Origin: Aquificaceae bacterium
Lineage (GTDB): Bacteria; Aquificota; Aquificia; Aquificales; Aquificaceae
DNA: 64,000 nucleotides
Reading direction: 5' to 3'
NCBI GenBank assembly: GCA_037925075.1
Contig: JAXSNR010000001.1
Location: 1 to 64,000, forward strand
The translations under genes and the position numbers were made by a program. The notes under the pieces are model-generated. The model saw nothing but the letters and a program-made list of their open reading frames with translations, searched no databases and had not been told where the DNA came from. Of the stretch, positions 1-9,308 are shown piece by piece (position 1 is the first letter of the stretch; each line of letters begins with the position of its first letter).

Positions 1-74
<74 letters not shown>

Positions 75-160
75 ACCCCAAGTTTTGGGTCCTTCCTCCT
101 TATTCAGTTGCCAAGATGTCAAGGGACCTCTTTAAGTCCCTTTTTTATACAGAGCTCTTT

Positions 161-189
161 ATTATATACCAACTTTTGGCTTTTGTCAA
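161..189 (-). promoter_or_regulatory. rrn promoter (proximal), sigma70 consensus
   Basis: TTGACA (184-189), 17 bp, TATAAT (161-166) on the minus strand. Confidence 0.85.
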
Positions 190-246
190 GCCTTATTTGA
201 TTTTTAAGATGTCACGGGGTTTTGCCCCTTCTACCGCAATCTTAAT

Positions 247-274
247 ATTCTATTCTTATTTCTACTTTTGTCAA
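247..274 (-). promoter_or_regulatory. rrn promoter (middle)
   Basis: TTGACA (269-274), 16 bp, TAGAAT (247-252). Confidence 0.7.
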
Positions 275-317
275 GTCCTACCACGGGACCTTTTGGTCCC
301 GACCAACGAAAACTACT

Positions 318-1058
318 TTATCCATTATAACCAGTCTTTGGGAGTTTGTCAAGTACTTTTTTAAAAACCTCCCAAATGGCTATGGCACCTGCATTTGAAA
401 CATTAAGAGAATTCACCTTTCCCTGCATGGGTATGGATACTATCGTGTCCGCAACTTCAAGAAGGCTCTTTGATACGCCTTCTCCTTCTGAACCAAGAAC
501 GAGGGTGCAACCGACGGGAAAGTCAACATCTCTTATGTCTTTTCCTCCCCTCTCTACCACTATAACCCACCCACCCATCTCCTTGAAATCTCTAATGGCT
601 TTAGATAGGCTTCCTACCTTAGAAAGCATCAGATAGAACACCGCCCCTACGGAAGCCTTTACTACTGTATCGTTTATGGGACATGCTCTGTCCTTTGGCA
701 TCAAGGCTCCCACTCCACCAAGAACCTCGCATGTCCTCAGGAGGTTTCCCACGTTCTGCGGGTCTGTGATGTGGTCAAGGGTAAGAAAAAAGGACCTCCT
801 TTTTAGGGTTTCTCTAAAAAGCCTATGGGGTTCCACATACTCCACTGGGCTTAAGATGGCAAGAATGCCCTGAGTCTTTTTTGTTCCAGCAAGCTCCTCT
901 ATCTTTTGCCTTGGAACCCTCTGAAGCTTTATGCCCCTTTCTCTACATAGCTTTACCACTTGATGAGGCGGGTGTGAGTCGTGGGCCACAAGGATCTTCT
1001 CTACATGCTTTCCAGCCCTCAAGGTTTCTATCACAGGGTTTTTCCCGTAAACAATCAT
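318..1058 (-). CDS. rlmB: 23S rRNA (Gm2251) 2'-O-methyltransferase, TrmH/SpoU family
   Basis: N-terminal YGKNPV; DPQNVG-LLRT; GSEGEG; IPMQGKVNSLNVS SPOUT motifs. Confidence 0.9.
   Translation of the reverse strand: MIVYGKNPVIETLRAGKHVEKILVAHDSHPPHQVVKLCRERGIKLQRVPRQKIEELAGTKKTQGILAILSPVEYVEPHRLFRETLKRRSFFLTLDHITDPQNVGNLLRTCEVLGGVGALMPKDRACPINDTVVKASVGAVFYLMLSKVGSLSKAIRDFKEMGGWVIVVERGGKDIRDVDFPVGCTLVLGSEGEGVSKSLLEVADTIVSIPMQGKVNSLNVSNAGAIAIWEVFKKVLDKLPKTGYNG
324..352 (-). promoter_or_regulatory. rrn promoter (distal), inside the 3' end of rlmB
   Basis: TTGACA (347-352), 17 bp, TATAAT (324-329). Confidence 0.75.
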
Positions 1059-2104
1059 CTTTTTATTATGCCACCCCCCAACAAAACATCTCCTTCATAA
1101 AAGGCACAAACCTGACCGGGCGTTATGCCTCTTACGGGCTCTGTAAACCTTACCAGAGAACCCTCTTCGGTTTTCTCTATGCCCTCCACCTTTATCGGCT
1201 TGTTCCTGTACCTTATCTGTGCGGTGGGATTTTGCCAGAGTTGAGGCTCAAGGTGAAAGTTTAGTTCTTCAAGGACAAGCCAATCTCTAAAAAGGTCCTC
1301 TTCCCTACACAGATAGACTGCGTTGTTTTTAGGGTCCACACCACACACATAAACGGGAAAACCCAAAGCGACACCAAGACCCCTTCTTTGACCTACCGTG
1401 TAGTGAAAAAATCCCCCGTGCCTTCCCACAGGCTCACCTTCAAAGTAAAAGTAGCCCTCTTTTGAGCCCACCCTCTCCTCTATGAACTCTCCCGGACCTT
1501 TGCCCATAAGAAAGCATACGTCTTGTGAGTCCCTCTTGTCCCAAACAGGAAGGCCTTTGTCTTTGGCTATAGCTCTTACCTCCTCCTTTGTAAGCTCACC
1601 CAAGGGAAACTCCAAAAGCTCAAGGTGTTCCCCCTTTACAAGGCTTAAAAAATAAGACTGGTCCCTTTTCTGGTCCTTGGCGCGTGCTATAAGCCTTCTG
1701 CCCTTGTACTCCACAAACCTTGCGTAGTGTCCTGTGGCAAGCCTGTCTATTTGTGCAACCTTATGAAGATACTCCGCAAGAAAGCCCGTCTTTACCTCCC
1801 TGTTGCATATGGCACAGGGGTTGGGGGTTTTACCCTCTAAGCTTTGAGTCAAAAAGTAATTTATCACTCTCTTTTCAAAAAGCTCTTCCCAGCTAAGTGT
1901 AAGGTGTGGTATTCCAAGGTATTCTGAAACCCTTACCGCGTCTTTTACATCCTGAGGAGAACAACAAACCCTAAGGTCATCAACATTACAAACTTCCCTA
2001 TGAAAGCGAAGAGTTATACCTATAACCTCATACCCCGCTTCCTTCATAAGAAGAGCACAAACACTGCTATCCACACCCCCGCTCATGCCAACCGCAACTC
2101 TCAT
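1055..2104 (-). CDS. mnmA: tRNA 2-thiouridine(34) synthase
   Basis: SGGVDSS, TPNPCAICN, ATGHYAR, DQSYFL, YTVGQRRG, TPGQ motifs. Confidence 0.96.
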   Translation of the reverse strand: MRVAVGMSGGVDSSVCALLMKEAGYEVIGITLRFHREVCNVDDLRVCCSPQDVKDAVRVSEYLGIPHLTLSWEELFEKRVINYFLTQSLEGKTPNPCAICNREVKTGFLAEYLHKVAQIDRLATGHYARFVEYKGRRLIARAKDQKRDQSYFLSLVKGEHLELLEFPLGELTKEEVRAIAKDKGLPVWDKRDSQDVCFLMGKGPGEFIEERVGSKEGYFYFEGEPVGRHGGFFHYTVGQRRGLGVALGFPVYVCGVDPKNNAVYLCREEDLFRDWLVLEELNFHLEPQLWQNPTAQIRYRNKPIKVEGIEKTEEGSLVRFTEPVRGITPGQVCAFYEGDVLLGGGIIKR

Positions 2105-2115
2105 AGAGGATAAAT

Positions 2116-2526
2116 TTAGGCTTTGAAAAACTTCTTCATAAACCTTATCTCTTCCGAGTCTTCCGCCACTTCAAGACCAAGACTTATAAGCTTGTCCGGT
2201 CTTTCCCCTTCGCTTAACATGCCCAAAGAGCGAGCAATACTGAGCTTTTCTATTATGCCTTCCGTTATATGTATCATCACACTGTCAAAGTTAAACCTTT
2301 TGTAAAAATCCTCCCTTTCCTTCTCCCCCTTCTTACTCAAATCCTGTGCAAAAGCACATATCTTTGACCAGACTTTTAGAGTCCTTTCCCACTCTTCCTT
2401 TGGCAGGCCTCCTAACTCAAGCCTTATAATTTCCACAAGGCTTTCTTTTAGGTACCTTTTGAAATCCTCCTTGGACCAGCTTGTGGGTCCTTCTCCCTTC
2501 AAAAGGTTTGAAAGGTCAATTTTCAT
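2116..2526 (-). CDS. hypothetical protein
   Basis: 136-aa ORF with native codon usage, 11 bp upstream of mnmA. Confidence 0.75.
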   Translation of the reverse strand: MKIDLSNLLKGEGPTSWSKEDFKRYLKESLVEIIRLELGGLPKEEWERTLKVWSKICAFAQDLSKKGEKEREDFYKRFNFDSVMIHITEGIIEKLSIARSLGMLSEGERPDKLISLGLEVAEDSEEIRFMKKFFKA

Positions 2527-2561
2527 GGTATTCTAATATAATAGCTTTTTGGAGGAGTGGC

Positions 2562-4154
2562 ATGTACAAAATCCTTATTACCGACCCCATATCAGAAAAA
2601 GGCGTTGAATTACTCAGGCGAGAGTCAGACTTTGAGGTGGACAACGAGCCGGACATATCCTACGAAGAGCTTCTTGAGGTGGTGGAAAACTACCATTGCA
2701 TCATAACAAGGAGCAGGACGCCGGTCACAAAGGAACTCATAGAAAGAGGAAAGAATCTAAAGGTAATAGGGAGGGCTGGTGTTGGTGTGGACAATGTGGA
2801 TATAGAATCCGCCTCAATGAGGGGCATACTGGTCATAAACACACCCGGAGCCAACACCATAGGAGCGACTGAGCTAACCCTTTGTCATATGCTCAATGTT
2901 ATAAGAAATGCACACGTAGCCCACAATAGCATGGTGGAGGGAAGATGGGACAGGAAAAAGTTTATGGGAACAGAGCTATACGGAAAGACCCTTGGAATAA
3001 TCGGACTTGGAAATATAGGCTCTCAAGTAGCCATTAGGGCTAAAGCCTTCGGAATGACTGTATATGCTTACGACCCATACATCCCAAAGGAAAAGGCGGA
3101 AAGGCTTGGAGTCAAACTCTTTGATAAACTCCATGATATGCTTCGCCAAATAGACATATTAACCATCCATGCACCCCTTACCCACGAAACAAGGAATATG
3201 ATAACGAGAAGGGAGTTTGAGCTTATGAGGGATGGAGCTATTCTTATAAACTGTGCAAGGGGTGGCATAGTTAAGGACGAGGACCTCATATGGGCATTAG
3301 AAAGCGGAAAACTGGCAGGCGTTGGGCTTGATGTGTTTTCTGCGGAGCCTCCACCAAAGGAGTTTATAGACAAGATATCTAAGTTTCCAAACCTATCCCT
3401 TTCGCCTCACATAGGTGCCAATACCTACGAATCTCAGGAAAATGTCGCTGTAATCGTAGCCCAGCAGGTTATAAAGGCTCTAAGGGGTCAAACGGTGGAG
3501 TATGTGGTAAATGCACCCTTCCCAGACCTTTCTGTGCTTACCCTCATCAAGCCACACCTTGACCTTGCGGAGAAGATGGGTAGGTTCTTGGTGCAGTGGG
3601 CGGAAGAGGGTATAAGGGAAGTTCATATAGAGGTGCGTGGAGACATAGCCCAACATTTTCATCCCATAGCCTCCGCGGTTCTTATGGGCATTCTTAAGGA
3701 AACAGTGGATTTTCCCGTAAACATAATCAACGCCAGCTATGTGGCGAGAGATAGAGGTATAAAGGTGGAGGAGCTTACCTCAGAAGAAAGCGAGGACTAC
3801 AAGCATTACATAAAGGTGGTCGCAAAGGGGGATAGCACGGAGAGGGTGGTCGCAGGCTCTGTACTTGAGGGACATATACTAAGGATATTCCAAATAGACC
3901 ACTACAGGGTGGATGTGGAGCCAGAGGGCATAATGCTGGTGTTTGAAAACAAGGATGTGCCGGGAGTTATAGGGAAGATAGGTAGCATACTGGGTAATGC
4001 GGGAGTAAACATAGCGGGCTTTAGACTCGGAAGAGAGAAAAAGGGTGGCATAGCCTTGGGCATCCTTAACCTTGATGACCCAGTCCCAGAGGAGGTTATG
4101 CAAGAACTAAGAAAATTAACTCACATTCTCTTTGTTAAGCAGGTGGTGGTGTAA
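2562..4154 (+). CDS. serA: D-3-phosphoglycerate dehydrogenase
   Basis: GRAGVGVDNVD, GLGNIG, NCARGG, PHIGANT, C-terminal ACT domain; GGAGG RBS before ATG 2562. Confidence 0.96.
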   Translation: MYKILITDPISEKGVELLRRESDFEVDNEPDISYEELLEVVENYHCIITRSRTPVTKELIERGKNLKVIGRAGVGVDNVDIESASMRGILVINTPGANTIGATELTLCHMLNVIRNAHVAHNSMVEGRWDRKKFMGTELYGKTLGIIGLGNIGSQVAIRAKAFGMTVYAYDPYIPKEKAERLGVKLFDKLHDMLRQIDILTIHAPLTHETRNMITRREFELMRDGAILINCARGGIVKDEDLIWALESGKLAGVGLDVFSAEPPPKEFIDKISKFPNLSLSPHIGANTYESQENVAVIVAQQVIKALRGQTVEYVVNAPFPDLSVLTLIKPHLDLAEKMGRFLVQWAEEGIREVHIEVRGDIAQHFHPIASAVLMGILKETVDFPVNIINASYVARDRGIKVEELTSEESEDYKHYIKVVAKGDSTERVVAGSVLEGHILRIFQIDHYRVDVEPEGIMLVFENKDVPGVIGKIGSILGNAGVNIAGFRLGREKKGGIALGILNLDDPVPEEVMQELRKLTHILFVKQVVV

Positions 4155-4167
4155 TAGATTTAAGTTT

Positions 4168-4704
4168 ATGGAAACAGGGACAAGGCTAACCGTCAAAGAG
4201 CTTTTTGAGACCTATCCAGAAGAAAGTAGAGTGGAGCTTATTGAGGGAGAAGTGTATGAGATGCCTGCACCTAACTTTTTACATCAAGAGGTTTTATTTA
4301 GATTGGCTATAAGGCTAAGAACTTATGCGGAAGAGAGGGCTTTAGGCACCGTTGTAATTGCACCAATAGATGTGGTCTTTGACGAAGAAACTGTTTTAAA
4401 GCCTGATGCGGTGTATGTTTCCGATCTTTCCAAGATTGGAAACTATGGCTCTCCAGACCTTGTGGTGGAAGTAGTCTCACCATCTACCTTTAAAAGGGAT
4501 TTTGTGGATAAAACAAGGCTTTACGAAAGGTTTGGAGTAAAAGAATACTGGCTTGTTTTTCCCTTGGAGAAGACAATAATGGTGTATGAGTTAAAGGATA
4601 AGGGTTATTAACTCTTTTCTTACGCCACAGAAAAGGGAAGGGTAAAATCAAGGGTTTTTGAAGGCTTTGAGGTAGAAGTGGAAGAGATATTTAAGGGTTT
4701 GTAA
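4168..4704 (+). pseudogene. Uma2 (DUF820) family endonuclease-fold protein with in-frame TAA at 4609-4611
   Basis: ELIEGEVYEMPAP..H, PD..VEV.SPST..D..K, GVKEYW; family-like C-terminus LFSYATEKGRVKSRVFEGFEVEVEEIF continues in frame after the stop. Confidence 0.75.
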
Positions 4705-5854
4705 TATAGCCTATTAGCTCCTTTACTATAAGCTCGCTGGCCTCCAATTTTGTGCTTGCTTTTATATCTACTTTTTTACCCTCTTTAAAAAGAAGTATTC
4801 CCTCGTAGGCTTGTGAGCCCATGCTTTCTAAGGGGTTTGCGACAATCAGGTCAAGGTTTTTCTCAAGGAGCTTTTTCTTTGCGTTTTCTTCCAGCTTTTG
4901 TTTTTCCTCCAAGGCAAAACCTACCAAAAACTTGTTTCCCTTCGACCTTCCAAGCTCCGCCAGTATATCTGGATTTTTCACAAGCTCAAGGCTTAAACTT
5001 TCCTGTTTTTTTAGCTTTCCCTCGTAGGTTTCCATTGGTCTGTAGTCCGCCACCGCCGCGTTCATTAAGATAATATCCGCCCAATCCTTTAGCTCTAAAA
5101 CCTTTTCAAACATTTCTTTTGCTGAGACAACCTCTATTAGCTCCACCTCTTGGGGTTTGTCCGCGGTGGTAAATCCCGCCACCACCTTCACCTGTGCCCC
5201 ATACCATCTAAAAACCCTAGCCAAAGAAAAGCCCATAAGCCCGCTGGAAAGGTTTGATATAAACCTAACCCTGTCTATAAACTCTCTGGTTGCACCCGCG
5301 GTTATTAGTACCCTTTTACCTGTCAGTGGCTTAGGTCTTAGGGCGTACTCAATCCAATCAAGGAGCCTCTGTATGGATGCAAGCCTTCCTTGACCCTCCT
5401 CTTCACAAAGGAGCCTTCCCTCCTCCGGTTCAACTATCAAAACACCCCTTTCCCTTAGCCTTCTTATGTTTTCTTGCACCGCGGGATTTTTGTACATCTC
5501 CACGTTTCCCGCAGGAGCAAGCAAAAGCCTTCCCTTGTGAGAAAGGACACAGGTTGTAAGCAGGTTATCCCCTATGCCCAAGGCTACCTTTGAAAGGGTA
5601 TTTATACTACATGGAGCTATCACAAACAGGTCAGACCATCTTGGAAGGTTTATGTGTAGCAGTGGGTCATCTTCCCAATCTACGTAAGCCTTGTTTCCAG
5701 AAAGTGCCTGAAAGGTTAGCCTACTTATGAACCTCTCAGAAAAGGGGGACATAACCACCCTCACCTCATGCCCAGCCTTTATAAGCTCCCTTACAAGCTC
5801 ACAGGCTTTGTATATGGCTATGCTTGAGCTAACTCCAAGGAGTATCTTAGCCAT
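4691..5854 (-). CDS. coaBC: phosphopantothenoylcysteine decarboxylase/ligase
   Basis: SIAIYKA, APCSINTLSK, TAGATRE.ID.VRFISN.SSG.MG, AAVADY, VGFALE. Confidence 0.95.
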   Translation of the reverse strand: MAKILLGVSSSIAIYKACELVRELIKAGHEVRVVMSPFSERFISRLTFQALSGNKAYVDWEDDPLLHINLPRWSDLFVIAPCSINTLSKVALGIGDNLLTTCVLSHKGRLLLAPAGNVEMYKNPAVQENIRRLRERGVLIVEPEEGRLLCEEEGQGRLASIQRLLDWIEYALRPKPLTGKRVLITAGATREFIDRVRFISNLSSGLMGFSLARVFRWYGAQVKVVAGFTTADKPQEVELIEVVSAKEMFEKVLELKDWADIILMNAAVADYRPMETYEGKLKKQESLSLELVKNPDILAELGRSKGNKFLVGFALEEKQKLEENAKKKLLEKNLDLIVANPLESMGSQAYEGILLFKEGKKVDIKASTKLEASELIVKELIGYITNP

Positions 5855-6734
5855 CTTTTAAAGCCCAATAAAGCACTGCCATCCTCACATAAAGCCCGTT
5901 TTCCACCTGCCTGAGAACAAGGGACTTATCCCAGTACAAGACCTCACCATCCACATCCACATAGAGATTTACAGGTCCGGGATGCATAAAGTAGCCTTTA
6001 AGCCTTTTGTACCTTTCCTTGGTAAGTCCAAACTGCAAAAAGTAGCTTTCTTTACTCGCAATAAAGCTTTCTTTAAACCTTTCCTCCTGCAATCTTAACC
6101 ATATGCAAAGGTCTGCCCACTGTATAGCCTCATCCACATCATCAAAAACATGCTTTATATTAAAGGGTGAAAGGTCCGAAGGTATAAGGGTTTTTGGCCC
6201 GCAAACACCCAACTGGGCTCCGTAGAGGCTAAAAAGGTACGAGTCTGAACGAAAAACCCTACTATGTAAAATATCTCCCACATACAAGACCTTTAGGCCC
6301 TCCACAGAGCCAAAGGCTTCCATGGCGGTAAAAAGGTCAATGAGACCTTGTGTGGGGTGCTGATGGGTACCATCTCCTGCGTTTATAAGGCTTATTTTCT
6401 CCTTTAGATAGCTCTCATAAGGGAAAAGAACATGGGGGATCCTAAAGATAAGAGCCCTAAAGCCAAGAGCTTGAAGGGCCACCACCGTGTCGCGAAAACT
6501 TTCTCCCTTCTCTATAGAGCTTTCTCCTCTGCCTGCGTAGTAGGTTTTAAGGCCCAAAAGCCTACAAGCCCTTTCAAAGGAAAAACGCGTCCTTGTGGAG
6601 CTTTCAAGGAAAAGAAGGGCGACATCCCCTTCAAGACTTTTTTTCTCACCCTTTTTAAAGCTTTCGTAGAAAGATTTAATAAGCTTTACATCCTCTCTGT
6701 TAAGGTCTCTTACGGATATTAGATGTTTTGGCAT
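5847..6734 (-). CDS. pyrB: aspartate carbamoyltransferase catalytic subunit
   Basis: F.ESSTRTRFSF, INAGDG.HQHPTQ, GDILHSRV, RLQ.ER, MHPGP. Confidence 0.96.
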   Translation of the reverse strand: MPKHLISVRDLNREDVKLIKSFYESFKKGEKKSLEGDVALLFLESSTRTRFSFERACRLLGLKTYYAGRGESSIEKGESFRDTVVALQALGFRALIFRIPHVLFPYESYLKEKISLINAGDGTHQHPTQGLIDLFTAMEAFGSVEGLKVLYVGDILHSRVFRSDSYLFSLYGAQLGVCGPKTLIPSDLSPFNIKHVFDDVDEAIQWADLCIWLRLQEERFKESFIASKESYFLQFGLTKERYKRLKGYFMHPGPVNLYVDVDGEVLYWDKSLVLRQVENGLYVRMAVLYWALKDG

Positions 6735-6754
6735 TTCAGAATTATAATTTTAAC

Positions 6755-7330
6755 ATGGACAGAAAAGAACAAATAGTTGAGCTTATAGCTCAGGGCTATA
6801 GGAATGTAAAGTCCCTTGCCCAGCACTTTGGTGTATCACTTATGACCATATACCGAGATGTTAGAGAGCTTGAAAAGGAGGGAAGGATTGTAAGAAAACA
6901 TGGAGAACTGCTTTTGAGGGAAGAGGTGGGAGAAGCCATAGAAGAACAGGCGCCTTCTTGTGCCTACTGCACAAAACCTATAGAAAAAAGGCTTGAGTTT
7001 ACATACAGGTTAAAAAGGGGAAGAGTCATAAGGGCTTGCTGTGCCCATTGCGGGCTTTTGCTTTACAAAAACATAAAAGAAGAAGACATTGAATCTTGTA
7101 TGACTTGGGACTTTATAAACTGTAAGCCAGTCAGTTGCTTTTCCGCATGGTATGTGGTGGGCTCTTCCGCCATGCCCTGTTGCTCTCCTTCCGCCATAGC
7201 CTTTGCAAGCAAGAAAGATGCGGAGAAGTTTGCCAAAGGTTTTGGTGGTGTGGTGGCGGATTTTGAAAATGCGGTGGATAAGGTCTTATATCTGATGAAA
7301 AGGGGTACCATGGTTAAAATAAATCTGTGA
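6755..7330 (+). CDS. DeoR-type HTH transcriptional regulator with C-terminal NosL-like metal-binding domain (YcnK/CutR-like)
   Basis: LAQHFGVSLMTIYRDVRELEKEG DeoR HTH; CxxC, CCAHCG, PCCSPSAIAF..K.DAEKF..GFGG NosL-like motifs. Confidence 0.8.
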   Translation: MDRKEQIVELIAQGYRNVKSLAQHFGVSLMTIYRDVRELEKEGRIVRKHGELLLREEVGEAIEEQAPSCAYCTKPIEKRLEFTYRLKRGRVIRACCAHCGLLLYKNIKEEDIESCMTWDFINCKPVSCFSAWYVVGSSAMPCCSPSAIAFASKKDAEKFAKGFGGVVADFENAVDKVLYLMKRGTMVKINL

Positions 7331-7343
7331 GGAGGAACAGAGT

Positions 7344-9221
7344 ATGAACCCAGTAAAGATACACATTGACGGCAAAGAGTACAAAGCGGACCCTAAAAAG
7401 CCCCTTCTTCAGAACCTGCTTGAACTTGGCATAAACATCCCCTATTTTTGCTACCACCCTCGCCTGAAAATCATAGGTGCCTGTAGAATGTGCATTGTGT
7501 TTAACGAAAAGACAGGCAGGCTTATGACCTCGTGCAACGTTTACCCAGAAGAGGGTATGTCCATAAGCACCCAGCATCCTATGGTAAAGGAAAACCAGAA
7601 GTATCTTCTTCAGGCTTTTATGACAAGGCATCCCCTTGACTGTCCCATATGCGACAAGGCTGGTGAGTGCGACCTTCAGAACTACGGAGCCCTCTTTGGA
7701 CCTCAAAAGCAGATAGTACCAGTCTCCGCCCTTGAAAAGGAAAGACACCAGCTTGATTGGGAAAGCGACTTTTTGGAGTATTACTCAAATCGCTGTGTGG
7801 TTTGTTATAGATGTACAAGAGCTTGTGATGATGTAGTAGGAGCCCATGCCCTATATGTAGAAGAAAGGGGCTTTCAGGCAAACATAGTACCCACCTTGAG
7901 ACCCATGGATACCTCCAGCTGTGAAATGTGTGGTCTTTGTGTGTATGTGTGCCCTGTGGGTGCTATCATATCCAAACCTTTCAAGTACTGGACAAGAAGC
8001 TGGCTTTTGAAGAAGGGAAAGACCATATGCAACCTATGTCCTGTAGGGTGTGAAATCCAAATAGAGTACGGCTTAGGAGACTGGAGGTCAAAGGATAAGG
8101 TATATAGAGCCAAGCCCACCGATGAGCTAAACATATGTGCAAAGGCCTTTTTTGGCTACGATGTGCTAAACCACGAAAGGCTCAGGTCTCCTCAAATGTT
8201 TGGTAAGGAGGAAGCCAGTGGCAATATGGCTAACTTCCTTTCCTTAATACTCAAAAATGAGCCAGAGAAAACCCTATTGGTTCTTTCCTCCTACATGACA
8301 AACGAAGACTACAGCTTGATAAGGGAGTTGGTAAAAAGAACGGGTATAATGGTAAGCTCCACCCTTACCTTTGACCTTGTACCTTTCCTTGAAGCCTATG
8401 GAGAGTACAACCCTGTAAGCCTTGAGGAAATAAAGGATGCGGACTTTTACCTTTTCGTGGGTGAGGACATAACCTCCACCGCACCAGTCCTCTCTTACTA
8501 CACAAAAGAAAAGGTCTATAAAGTAGGCAAGGTGCAAAGGGATGCAAAGCTAAAGCCTATAACCATTGAAAGGGAAGACCTTGAAAAGCTTGAAGGTAAG
8601 GGAATTGTAGTGTTTAATGCGGTGGGTATGAAGCCCGAAGAATCAAAAGAGTGGGGAGCCAACCTGAAAAGGCTCTGCAAAGAAAAGGGCTTTAAGCTTG
8701 TACTTTTGCACGATGGAAACTTCCTTGGGCTTATAAAACATATACCCCTTGATTGGCTGTCCCACTTACACACAGCCCTTTCCAAGGCGAAAAACCTCAT
8801 AGTTTTTGGCGAAGATATCACAGATTACATAAGCATGGAAGAACTTGAAAAGATCTTTGAAAACCTTGAGCATCTTGTGGTTTTCTCACCCTTTGAGGAC
8901 GGCATTACCAGTTATGCCCATATAAAGGTTCCTATGGACCTCATGGGTGAGCTTGATGGCACATTGACAACCTTGAGGGGTGAGCTAAAAGCGGTAAGGT
9001 TTCTACAAAAAGCCTTCAATCACACGGAGTTTCTTAAGGGACTTCTTGAAAATGTGCCCGAAGCCAAAAAGGAGCCTGTGGTCCATAAAGGAGCGCCTTA
9101 TGAAACTTACAGGGAAATACACCTCTATAGGAGCGGTTGGATAACAGGAAGAAGTGAAAACCTCAGAAGGTTGTATGAAAAGAACATGGCAATCATGGAG
9201 GTACTTAGATTGGGAAGCTGA
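7344..9221 (+). CDS. nuoG: NADH-quinone oxidoreductase subunit G-like Fe-S protein
   Basis: IPYFCYHPRL..GACRMC, HPLDCPICDKAGECDLQ, RCVVCYRCTR, CEMCGLCVYVCPVGA. Confidence 0.88.
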   Translation: MNPVKIHIDGKEYKADPKKPLLQNLLELGINIPYFCYHPRLKIIGACRMCIVFNEKTGRLMTSCNVYPEEGMSISTQHPMVKENQKYLLQAFMTRHPLDCPICDKAGECDLQNYGALFGPQKQIVPVSALEKERHQLDWESDFLEYYSNRCVVCYRCTRACDDVVGAHALYVEERGFQANIVPTLRPMDTSSCEMCGLCVYVCPVGAIISKPFKYWTRSWLLKKGKTICNLCPVGCEIQIEYGLGDWRSKDKVYRAKPTDELNICAKAFFGYDVLNHERLRSPQMFGKEEASGNMANFLSLILKNEPEKTLLVLSSYMTNEDYSLIRELVKRTGIMVSSTLTFDLVPFLEAYGEYNPVSLEEIKDADFYLFVGEDITSTAPVLSYYTKEKVYKVGKVQRDAKLKPITIEREDLEKLEGKGIVVFNAVGMKPEESKEWGANLKRLCKEKGFKLVLLHDGNFLGLIKHIPLDWLSHLHTALSKAKNLIVFGEDITDYISMEELEKIFENLEHLVVFSPFEDGITSYAHIKVPMDLMGELDGTLTTLRGELKAVRFLQKAFNHTEFLKGLLENVPEAKKEPVVHKGAPYETYREIHLYRSGWITGRSENLRRLYEKNMAIMEVLRLGS

Positions 9222-9308
9222 TAAGGTTTCTTATAGCCTGTGCTTTGTGCGTGGCTTTTGCCCTTTTGGTTTACCTTCTTCTGTTTTAGGAGCATATATT
9301 AAAAGTTG

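Noticed and set aside
9285..9308. NrdR box upstream of nrdD
   Set aside because: Only an AT-rich partial resemblance; no tandem boxes
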